Shown: one piece after another, positions 10,271-22,796 of the stretch
Position numbering within the stretch: the first letter of the stretch is position 1
Layout of the letters: each line of letters opens with the position of its first letter
From: Mycoplasma todarodis
GTDB lineage: Bacteria; Bacillota_I; Bacilli_A; Mycoplasmatales; Metamycoplasmataceae
Direction of reading: 5' to 3'
Length of the DNA stretch: 32,000 bases
Assembly: GCF_965212735.1 (NCBI RefSeq)
Contig: NZ_CBDBYJ010000002.1
Location: forward strand, 96,692-128,691
The notes under the pieces: generated by a model
Databases searched by the model: none
Seen by the model: only the letters and a program-made list of their open reading frames with translations
Told to the model about the DNA's origin: nothing
Program-made: the position numbers and the translations under genes

Positions 10271-10703
10271 AATAGTTGAAATACTCCAAAAAGATGAAGG
10301 AGTTATGCATATTTGAAATGTATTTAATACACAATACAGAAAAACAAGATTCTACAATGTATTAATAAACAGTTCTATATTCATCCTTACTGCAACATTG
10401 GTACTAATTAACCTTTGAGCCATGTTAACGCTTAAAAACGCTCCTTATAATACTCATGATTGACAATGAGCAAGGAACTGTTTCTTAGTAATGGCTATTA
10501 TTACAGCGTTCACAGGATTACTTACATCAGCATTATCAATATTTAAGTTTAAAGATAAGACTAGACAAATCAAAGATGCTATCTCTTCTATTAAAGAAGA
10601 GTATAAAGAATATAAGTCAAAAGACGGAAGATATTCTGAGTTCAAAAATAAAGATCAAGTATTCATTGAATTTGTTTCTGAAGCAGCATTTATAGAGTTT
10701 TAA
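10257..10703 (+). CDS. Small 2-TM membrane protein
   Basis: Overlaps previous gene by 14 nt. Two hydrophobic segments then SIFKFKDKTRQIKDAISSIKEEYKEYKS. Several UGA=Trp codons. Confidence 0.78.
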
Positions 10704-10722
10704 AAGGCACATGTGTCTTTTT

Positions 10723-10749
10723 TTAGCACTCTTATGCAACAAGTGCTAA
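10723..10749 (+). promoter_or_regulatory. CIRCE element (HrcA operator)
   Basis: TTAGCACTC-TTATGCAAC-AAGTGCTAA, one mismatch to consensus with exact 9-nt spacer. Confidence 0.95.
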
Positions 10750-10758
10750 AAAATGTGA

Positions 10759-10764
10759 TATGAT
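10759..10764 (+). promoter_or_regulatory. -10 TATGAT, 6 nt from grpE ATG
   Basis: TATGAT-ttgatt-ATG. Confidence 0.6.
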
Positions 10765-10770
10765 TTGATT

Positions 10771-13244
<2,474 letters not shown>

Positions 13245-13320
13245 CCCAAGTGGTTGTTTTTTTTATTTTATTTTTATAAGTAATTCCCTTTCATACATAT
13301 AAAGATGAAAGGAGATGAAA

Positions 13321-14571
13321 ATGATACCAATTTTACTTGGCGATATGCCAAAAGAGATTCCTAAAAGTAAGGTTGTAGAAAGAGAGGAACTTAATTATTC
13401 GATAAGTATGTCTCACACTGATTCTTCGGGCGTTAAAATAGCTAAAAACCCTAAACACATAAAGATGGAGGATCTTGTGGATTATCCAGGAGTATATATT
13501 GGGATAAGAAGACATCTGCGTTCCAATAGGTATTCTATTATTATTAAGTTTCTTGAACACGATTCTCAATATGAATTATCATACGCAAGAATAAACGGGA
13601 AACTATATAAAGAAAGTGAATTAAGTTACCTTAAGAATCCAAATGGGTTTTATCAAATTCATCCCGATAGCGGACTAGAAGGTTGATCAAGTGATTTAAA
13701 AGATTTTTCTTCAATAGTTTTAATAGCTACCAACAATATTACAGAATCCAAAACATTACGTTTCAGTTTTAATTTAAAATCTCATAAAAATACGGAAAAT
13801 AAAAAAGTTAATATGAATAAAAATCCAATAGATTTGGAGAGTGTTAATAATTCAAATTTCTTCTTTTTTTACAAACCAAACACAGGTGAATTTGTAGAAG
13901 AACATTGAAATATGTATAACCACTTAATACTAAAACCGCTTCCTATTAAAAATAGGGTCATTAAAGATATTTACGAGATTTACTCATATAATGATTCTAT
14001 TGATCCAGAAAAGAGGAAACCTGTTCAAGGAACTCCGATTGATAATTTTAAGTATATGCTTATGCAACGATATTTTAATCAGCATAGTGAAGATGAATCT
14101 TTGGAAAGAGATTTTGATTTTCATCAAGGGAAAATCGGTGGTTTAAAAGCTAATAAAAAAACCGAAATGGAAACATGGATTAACGTTGATAAAAAAAGTA
14201 AATATAACCTTGGTAAAATGTCCATAAAAAATTATTCGTATTACAATTTCAAACAAAAGAAAACAATAATAGAACCAAATAAAAGATCAGTTAAAGGGTA
14301 TATTTTTCCTCTTAATGAAAAAGGTGAGTTAAAAACACACTTAAGTTTTTCTCCGAATGCTGCATATAAAAAATTAGAGGTTTATAGACAATATAATATT
14401 GAGGATAAAGTGCTGGATATGTATGAAGGTTTGGTCTCTTTAAAGATTACGAACCCCAAGAAAACAAGCCTGCCAATTAAAAAAACAATGATTTTCAATA
14501 AAGAATCATTCAAAAAGATAATTTTAAATGATTTATCGCTTAAATCACTTGAGAGAATAAGTGATGAATAA
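13321..14571 (+). CDS. Hypothetical protein
   Basis: Joins ORFs 13315..13686 and 13912..14571 in one frame through UGA. SD AAAGGAG before ATG 13321. Confidence 0.75.
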
Positions 14572-14986
14572 AATCAATAAAATCATTATATTAAGTTCTC
14601 CTGTTTTTATTTCTGGGATGGGTGTTGGTATTTATTATATTGTTAAAAATAATAAAAAAGATAAAGTTATCAGTAAACCCAACACAAGAAATGAAGAAGA
14701 AATATACAAACCTAGTTCCAAAACAATTTTCCCTTCTATAACATTCGACGAAGTATATGATGAAATTGTAATAGATGGTAAAGTTGCGATAATAAGCGAT
14801 GAAATGATAGCTAAAATGATTAAGTTAGTTTTTATGAGGATTAACACTTCACAAGGAGAGATAAAGGTGGAGATTGGTTATAGAGATAAAACCAATGTTG
14901 AACTAAAGTTCTCATGGATTTGCAATTCCAAAATTCAAGAAACAAAAATATATAATATGAAGTTGAAGTTTCAAGATTTGGTATAA
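14564..14986 (+). CDS. Hypothetical protein with N-terminal TM anchor
   Basis: Overlaps upstream gene by 8 nt. MNKINKIIILSSPVFISGMGVGIYYIVKNNKK. Confidence 0.7.
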   Translation: MNKINKIIILSSPVFISGMGVGIYYIVKNNKKDKVISKPNTRNEEEIYKPSSKTIFPSITFDEVYDEIVIDGKVAIISDEMIAKMIKLVFMRINTSQGEIKVEIGYRDKTNVELKFSWICNSKIQETKIYNMKLKFQDLV

Positions 14987-14987
14987 T
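14982..14987 (+). promoter_or_regulatory. -10 TATAAT overlapping the upstream stop codon, 6 nt from acpP ATG
   Basis: TATAAT-aacaac-ATG. Confidence 0.55.
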
Positions 14988-14993
14988 AACAAC

Positions 14994-15221
14994 ATGAATA
15001 TTAAAGAACAAATTATCAAAACATTATCTAAAAACACAAAAATCAAAGTTACTGAAGCAACAAAGATTTCTGACTTAGGAATCGATTCATTAGATCTAAT
15101 GGATTTAGTGATTGAAGCGGAAGAACAAATTGGTGGAGAATTAAGTGAAGAAGTAATAACATCACTTAAAGAAAAAACTGTTGGAGAGATAATCAAAGAG
15201 CTAGAAAAAGTTGCTAAATAG
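14994..15221 (+). CDS. acpP: Acyl carrier protein
   Basis: 75 aa with phosphopantetheine site GIDSLDLMDLVIEAEEQIG. Confidence 0.92.
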   Translation: MNIKEQIIKTLSKNTKIKVTEATKISDLGIDSLDLMDLVIEAEEQIGGELSEEVITSLKEKTVGEIIKELEKVAK

Positions 15222-15309
15222 CATCTTTTTATTTTTTGATTTTATAAAAAATTAAAATAAATAGACCAAATGAGTCGTTTTTATTTTATAATTATTTAGC
15301 ATTACACGT

Positions 15310-15385
15310 AGGGGTGTAGTTCAATTGGTAGAACAGCCGGCTTCAACCCGGCATGTTGTGGGTTCAAGTCCTGTCACCCCTGCCA
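15310..15385 (+). tRNA. tRNA-Trp(UCA), reads UGA
   Basis: AGGGGTG/CACCCCT acceptor, GCCGG-CTTCAAC-CCGGC anticodon arm, G discriminator, CCA. Confidence 0.95.
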
Positions 15386-15426
15386 TTTTTTTTCGCCTTT
15401 TTTTACAAAACAAAAAATAGGTTTCC

Positions 15427-16251
15427 CTATTTTTTTAATGCCATAATTCCAACTGCTTCTAATCCAACATGCAATGCTATTGCTGAAGGTAAGTATATTT
15501 CTATTGGCTTTTTACCAGTTGCAGTTTCAATACGTTGTAAGTGTTCTTTTATGTCTTTGTTCCCAACATGATATACGTATAGGTCACAATTATCAGCTCC
15601 AAATTTATTAATAGTATCTTTAGCAGCTTTTGTTACTGTTTTTTGGAAGGTTCTACCTTTTCCATATTTATTCAGTTCTCCTTGTGCAAAAGAAATCATT
15701 GGTACAATTTTCAACATTGTAGCCATTGAAGCTACAGTTGATCCTACTCTACCACCTTTCACAAGTCAATCAAGTGAATGAGGAAGTAAAACAGCAAAAT
15801 AATCATCTCTTGAATTATGTAGAGTATCTAATATTTCTTCTATTTCTTTTCCTTCTTTGGCCATTCTCTCTGCTTTTTCACATTGGACAACATTAATCTT
15901 TGAAAGACCATGCGACTCTATAATGTGTATATTTGAAAATTCTTTAGCAAACATTTTTAAATTATTTGTTTGACTTGAAAGTTCTGAAGATAAAGGGTAA
16001 ACAATGATGTGGTCATATTTATCAGTCATTCTTTCGAATTCTGCTAAAACTTCCCCTGGTGCTGAAGCAGATGTTCTAACCTCAGTTTCCAATGTTAATT
16101 TATCATAAACTCCTTGTGTTGTGATATCAATACCATCAGCGTAATCTACTTTATCTAAAAAAATGTGTAAAGGGATGAAACCTCAGCCCCTATCTTCTGC
16201 TTCCTTTTTTGAAAGACCAGAAGACGAATCTACTATTATTCCTAATTTCAT
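15427..16251 (-). CDS. DegV family protein (second paralog)
   Basis: MKLGIIVDSSSGLSKKEAEDRGWGFIPLHIF... GGRVGSTVASMATMLKIVPMISFAQGELNKYGKGRT. Frame continuous with UGA=Trp. Confidence 0.87.
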
Positions 16252-16257
16252 ATAGAC

Positions 16258-16263
16258 ATTATA
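16258..16263 (-). promoter_or_regulatory. -10 TATAAT, 6 nt from ATG
   Basis: Minus strand TATAAT-gtctat-ATG. Confidence 0.6.
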
Positions 16264-16325
16264 ACAATTACTATCAAACTATGAGTATTTTAATAACTTT
16301 ATCTCCAACAATTTTTGCATTCATA

Positions 16326-16331
16326 TATAAT
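16326..16331 (+). promoter_or_regulatory. -10 TATAAT, 6 nt from ATG
   Basis: TATAAT-aaatat-ATG. Confidence 0.6.
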
Positions 16332-16337
16332 AAATAT

Positions 16338-16913
16338 ATGGCTTTAATATATTGAAATAAGACATCTTTACAAGATCAAGCAATAATTTGATTTAAAGAT
16401 TCAAACAAAGAAAAAATAAACGTTGAACAACATGATGGTTTCACATTAATTAAGGAAGAAAACGAAATCGTTGGGGTTAACATACAAAACGCATCATCTA
16501 TACTAAAATTAAAAGAAGGTGCTCAATCAATTACAGATGAAATGATTACAACAATGAACGAAAAATTAAAACTAGATATTTCAGAACTTAACACAAGTTC
16601 AATGTTAGTTGTTGGAGAAATATTAGAAAGAAAAGCACATCCTAACTCAGATAGATTAGCAGTGCTTAAAGTTCAAGCACACAAAGAACTAAAAATTGTA
16701 ACTAACACTACAAACTCTGTTGAAGGAGCTAAGATTGTTGTTGCAAAACTTGGAGCGATATTACCATCAGGAACAATGATTAAACCTGCTAAGGTTATGG
16801 GTGTAGCTTCTGAAGGAATGTTATGTGGTGGAGAAACTCTTGGTTTAGAAAAAACAAATGGAGCAGCATACATTGTTAAGGATTTAAATCCTGGAGACGA
16901 ATTCGTTTTATAA
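16338..16913 (+). CDS. YtpR-like protein with tRNA-binding (EMAP/OB) domain
   Basis: MLVVGEILERKAHPNSDRLAVLKVQAHKELKIVTNTTNSVEGAKIVVAKLGAILPSGTMIKPAKVMGVASEGMLCGGETLGL. Confidence 0.85.
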
Positions 16914-16940
16914 ATTTAAAGAAATGAGAGGTATAAATAT

Positions 16941-17288
16941 ATGTCAATAGCAACATCAGTTCTAATTATTGTCGCAATCATAGCAACAATATTACTTATA
17001 TTTGCAATACTGTATGCGATTGCTGCATTTAGAAGAATGTCAATCACTTACAAAAAGGTCGATTACTTAATTGAAGATTTAACTTATAAATCAGAAATGT
17101 TGAATTCGACAGTTGAAACAATTTCAAAAACAGCAAACTACTTGGATGCTTTTGAAGTTGTCGCTAAGAAGAATGTTAAATCAGCAATTAAATTAGCTTC
17201 AAGAAATAGAGATACTATCTATGCTGTAGCTGAAAGATTGAAAGATCTTGCAACTGGTGAAACAGAAGAGAAAAAAGGAGGTAAATAA
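16941..17288 (+). CDS. DUF948-like membrane-anchored protein
   Basis: N-terminal TM then MSITYKKVDYLIEDLTYKSEMLNSTVETISKTANYLDAFE. Confidence 0.65.
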   Translation: MSIATSVLIIVAIIATILLIFAILYAIAAFRRMSITYKKVDYLIEDLTYKSEMLNSTVETISKTANYLDAFEVVAKKNVKSAIKLASRNRDTIYAVAERLKDLATGETEEKKGGK

Positions 17289-17758
17289 TGAAAGTAAGTA
17301 CATTATTATTTTTAATTGGTGCAACTGCCATTGGTGTTCATTTACAATCAGAAGAGGGTGAAGAAAACCGTAAAAAGCTGAAAGAACAAATGGATAATTT
17401 ATCTCCTGTTGTTAATGATATCTTTAAAAAACTTGAAGCAGCTCTTACAGGTGCTGAATCAATCAAGTCTGATGAGATTAGAACTAATGTTGAAATGAGA
17501 GTTAACGAAGTTAAGAAACAAATCGCAAAAGTTGATGCTAAGAAAGTTGGAGACGCAACTGAAGAAGCAATTAAAGTAGCATCTAAAAAAATTAGAGATA
17601 TTAGAACTCAAATCGAAACAGCAGAACATTACACAGATAATTACGATGAAATGACTGTTGCAGAACTAAAAGAAGAAGCTAAAAAGATGAAGGTTACAAT
17701 AGCATCTAGAGATAAAAAAGCTGATATCATTTCAAAACTTAGAAAAGCAGAAAAATAA
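17288..17758 (+). CDS. YtxH-like protein with C-terminal Rho_N/SAP/HeH-like motif
   Basis: ATG overlaps upstream TAA (TAATG). N-terminal hydrophobic MKVSTLLFLIGATAIGVHLQ. C-terminal MTVAELKEEAKKMKVTIASRDKKADIISKLRKAEK. Confidence 0.7.
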   Translation: MKVSTLLFLIGATAIGVHLQSEEGEENRKKLKEQMDNLSPVVNDIFKKLEAALTGAESIKSDEIRTNVEMRVNEVKKQIAKVDAKKVGDATEEAIKVASKKIRDIRTQIETAEHYTDNYDEMTVAELKEEAKKMKVTIASRDKKADIISKLRKAEK

Positions 17759-17769
17759 TTAATTTGAAT

Positions 17770-17795
17770 AATAGTCTTAATAGACTATTTTTTTA
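17770..17795 (+). terminator. Terminator overlapping tyrS promoter
   Basis: ATAGTC-TTAATA-GACTAT then T-run, 1 nt before TATAAT. Confidence 0.65.
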
Positions 17796-17801
17796 TATAA
17801 T
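17796..17801 (+). promoter_or_regulatory. -10 TATAAT, 6 nt from tyrS ATG
   Basis: TATAAT-tagact-ATG. Confidence 0.65.
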
Positions 17802-17807
17802 TAGACT

Positions 17808-19032
<1,225 letters not shown>

Positions 19033-19034
<2 letters not shown>

Positions 19035-19054
19035 TTCGCATTGCGAATTTTTTT
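19033..19054 (+). terminator. tyrS terminator
   Basis: AATTCGC-ATT-GCGAATT followed by T-run. Confidence 0.75.
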
Positions 19055-19082
19055 ATATCCTTTTGACTAAAAAAAGACAAAG

Positions 19083-19106
19083 AAAAAATAACCCGAAGGT
19101 TATTAT
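19083..19106 (-). terminator. rpsD terminator
   Basis: Minus strand AATAACC-TTCG-GGTTATTTTTT. Confidence 0.75.
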
Positions 19107-19117
19107 GAATTTTCTTA

Positions 19118-19723
19118 TTATTTTGAGTAGTACTCAACGATAAGTGCTTCATTGATTTCTGAGTTAAGTTCTTTTCTTTCAGGTAATCTTGTTAGTTTAG
19201 CTGAGAAAGTAGCTTTATCAAATTCAATTCATGCAGCAGGAGCTTTAGCTTCCATAGCTTCAACGATTTGAACGTTTTTTCTTGATTTTTCTTTTAGAGT
19301 AATAACATCTCCAAGTTTGATTTGCATTGATGCAATATCAGCTTTTTTACCATTTAATGTAAAGTGACCGTGGTTAACAAGTTGTCTTGCTTGACGTCTT
19401 GTAGCAGCCATTCCCATTCTGTAAACAACGTTATCTAATCTTGTTTCTAGCATTTGTAGGAAGTTAACCCCGGCAACACCACGTAGTTTAGAAGCTTTTT
19501 CAAATGTTTTTCTGAATTGTTTTTCATTAATTCCGTACATGAATCTAACTTTTTGTTTTTCATGTAAGTGTAGACCGTAGTCTGACATCTTAATTCTTCT
19601 AGCTCCATGTTGTCCTGGAGGAGTTTGTCTTTGTTTTCCTTTTGCGAATTCTTTTCCTGTTTCTAGGATTGAGAAACCATATCTTCTTGATTTCTTAAAT
19701 GTTGGGCCTGTATATCTTGCCAT
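19118..19723 (-). CDS. rpsD: 30S ribosomal protein S4
   Basis: [40 protein letters not shown]...[30 protein letters not shown]. True stop downstream of UGA at 19229. SD AAAGGAG. Confidence 0.98.
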
Positions 19724-19897
19724 AAGTATCTCCTTTAGTTTTCTTTTTATATGCATAACTAAGGCTTAATTTCTTTAATGATGTGTTGACACAAATAGGT
19801 TCGGCGTCCAGCGAGCTTACTACTAATCCTGTGTTGACAACGCTAATCAAAAAATAATTAAGTGCTGTATATGCTCCTTTATTTTACACTATTTTTA

Positions 19898-19903
19898 TAT
19901 AAT
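19898..19903 (+). promoter_or_regulatory. -10 TATAAT, 6 nt from ATG
   Basis: TATAAT-gtaact-ATG. Confidence 0.65.
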
Positions 19904-19909
19904 GTAACT

Positions 19910-21637
19910 ATGGAAATGTGAAAAGTAATTTTATTATCAGTTGGAATTCCAGTAATTATAATCATAGGAATAGCATTAATAGTGCTTATTACAAGGATTA
20001 TGTTCCAAAAAAAACACGAAGATTTGGTTAAGTCCACATCTACTTTTGTTGAGCGAGAAAGATTGAAAAAAGTAGAGATAATGTACCAAAGAATTTCTAT
20101 TATTGCAAAAACCAATGCAAAATATGAAAAATTGTTTGAAGAACTTTCAAAAGATTTTGATCAAATAGATGAAACTTTTAAACTACTTGATAAAGAGGTT
20201 TCAGAATTACAAATTACATATAAGAAAATGAACTCAAAAACACTAAGTGTTGAGTTAGAAAAAATAGAATTATTAAATTCAAAATTAACTTCAAAAATTT
20301 CTAAAATATCGAGAGTTGCAAATAAGGTTCTTAAACAAGAAGAATTTTTAAGAAACGAAATGTCATTATTTAGAGAAAAAGGAAGAATGATTTCAAATAG
20401 TTATTCAAAGAAAAGAATTAGACTAGATAAGGTTTCTGCAAAAATTGATGCATTGAATAATCAAATAACTCAAAGAACTAAAAAATTCGATCGTTTAATT
20501 GAAAAAGGAAAAACAAGAGAAGCTTCTGATTTAATCGAAAAGATAAGAGAAGACATTATTAAATTCGGAATAATAATTAATGAAGGTCCAAAGATACAAG
20601 CTACACTATACGATGCAATTCCTTCATACATCAAAAAATTAATTGGAATTTACCAACATGCTGAGACATCATTAAAGGTTGACTTATCTCACATTGATTT
20701 TACGAACTCAGTTAAACACCTTTCTTCTAGTTTTAATAAAGCAAAAGAATTATTCATCGAATTAGAATTAGAAAGTGTAAAGAAAGAAGTAATTTATTTA
20801 ATTAAAAATATAAAAGCTATTGAAAGAATTATTAATTCTGAAATTAAAGCACGTAATATATTTGTTAAAGAATTCATGACTTCTCAAAATATAGTTGCTT
20901 CCACACTTAAACAATATGTTCAAATTCGTAAAGAAGTTAAGAAACAATCTCAAAAAGGAACAGTTCTAAATGCTGAAATTACTGAGATTATGACAAATCT
21001 AAAATTCGAAATCGCAGATTTAGATGAAACAGTAATGTCATTCTCTAATTTAATTTCTGATAAAAATATTCCATTCACTTCAAAATTATCACGTATGAAA
21101 ATCTTATTAAATAAAAATATTTCCGCAGTAAATATGATGAATGAACTTTATGAATTATTATGAAGAGATGACTTAACAAAAAGAACTATCCAAAATAAAT
21201 ATATGCAAGCTGAACATGCAATGATCTCATTAAGAGCTAAAGTAATAGATTCAAATATATTATTATCTAGTCAAGAGGAACAACAATTGATAGATATTGA
21301 AGAAACAAAAGAATTATTAAAACAAACATTATCAATCGCACCTTTCAATGCTAAGAAAGCTGAACAACATTCTAAAAATCTTATGGAAAACGTAGCTTCT
21401 TATTATAAAGTTGTTGGTGGAAAAATTGAAATGTCTAAAATGATTAGAAATTTAATTAAAGAATTTGCTCCAAATAGGGCGATGGATGCTAAACTTAATA
21501 TAGCATTTGTACAAGGAGAGAAACAATTCTTGGCAGGTAAATACGCATCATCATTAAGAATAACAATCGATGCTGTTGAGGATTTATTAGAATCATCAAC
21601 CAAAAGGAGAAAACATGTACGGAACAATACTAATTAG
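19910..21637 (+). CDS. EzrA-like septation ring regulator
   Basis: N-terminal TM (MEMWKVILLSVGIPVIIIIGIALIVLITRIMF) followed by long coiled coil. Directly upstream of thiI and near rpsD/tyrS, as in Firmicutes. Confidence 0.7.
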
Positions 21638-22754
21638 ATTTGGTGAACTATCAACCAAAGGAAAAAATAAAATGTCTTTCGTTAGACAATTAGAAAAAAA
21701 TATTAAGAAATTAATGGGAGTAGAACCTGAAGTTCTTTTCGACAGAATGTTTTTAGAATATTCAGAAGAAAATATGGAAGGTCTACAAAGAATCTTTGGT
21801 ATTTCATCTTACTCACCAGTTATGACTGTTGATACTGAAATGGAAACAATTAAAGATGCGGCTTTAAAGTTAGCACAAAAATTCCCTGAAGCAAAAACAT
21901 TTAAAATAGCAGCAAGAAGACACTGAAAGAAATTTGAAAAAACATCGCAAGAACTAAATGGATTACTTGGTGGACACATTTTAGAAAATACTGATTTAAC
22001 AGTTAATGTTAAAAAACCTGATCTTAAAATTGAAGTTGAAGTAAGAAATGGTAAATCATATGTATTTTGTGAAAGAACTCAAGGACTTGGTGGTTACCCA
22101 GTTGGAATCAATGGGAAAGTGCTACATTTAATTTCAGGTGGAATTGATTCACCAGTTGCAGCATTCGAATTAATGAAGCGTGGACTACATGTTGATTACT
22201 TATCATTCATCACTCCTCCTTTTACAGATAACAAAACAAGAGAGAAGATTTCTGAAATTGTTAACTTACTTAATAAATATCAAGGTAAATCATATATCTA
22301 CAGATTAACTTATACAGATTTAATGCACACAATTGGATTAACTTCTAAACAATCATATAAAATCACATTAATGAGAAGATCATTCTATAGAATCGCATCT
22401 AAAATTGCTGAATCAAGAGGATTCCTTGCAATTGCTAATGGTGAAAACATTGGGCAAGTTGCTTCTCAAACACTTGAATCAATTCATACTATTCAAGAAC
22501 AAGCAACATTACCTGTTTTAAGACCAATCTTAACAGCTGATAAAATCGAAACAATTAATAAAGGTATTCAAATTGGTACATATGAGATTTCAATTGTTCA
22601 AGCATCTGAAACATGTGAACTATTTGCACCAAAGGCACCAGTTACAAAACCTACACCTAAAGAGGCATACAGATTAGAAGAAGAATTCGGTAATTTACTT
22701 GAATTAGAAGATAAATGTATGGAAGGTATGGAAATCGAAAGAGTAGAGTTATAA
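21615..22754 (+). CDS. thiI: tRNA 4-thiouridine synthetase ThiI
   Basis: MYGTILIRFGELSTKGKNK (ferredoxin-like), GLGGYPVGINGKVLHLISGGIDSPVAAFELMKRG. SD AAGGAG. Confidence 0.95.
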
Positions 22755-22768
22755 CTCTATTCTTTTTA
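22745..22768 (+). terminator. thiI terminator containing its stop codon
   Basis: AGAGTTATAACTCT then T-rich. Confidence 0.55.
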
Positions 22769-22784
22769 TATCCATTATATTTGT

Positions 22785-22790
22785 TAAAAT
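22785..22790 (+). promoter_or_regulatory. -10 TAAAAT, 6 nt from dnaE ATG
   Basis: TAAAAT-ataagt-ATG. Confidence 0.5.
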
Positions 22791-22796
22791 ATAAGT

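Noticed and set aside
9226-10703. Classical defence or CBASS island
   Set aside because: No nucleotidyltransferase, SLOG, TIR or nuclease partner seen nearby. Only the 2-TM proteins are present, so this is kept as a hypothesis on the 2-TM family only.
17760-17807. T-box leader for tyrS
   Set aside because: Only ~48 bp separate the genes and the -10 lies 6 nt from the ATG. There is no room for a T-box structure.
19724-19756. N-terminal extension of rpsD ([11 protein letters not shown])
   Set aside because: MARYTGP is the conserved S4 start and has an SD directly upstream at the proper distance.
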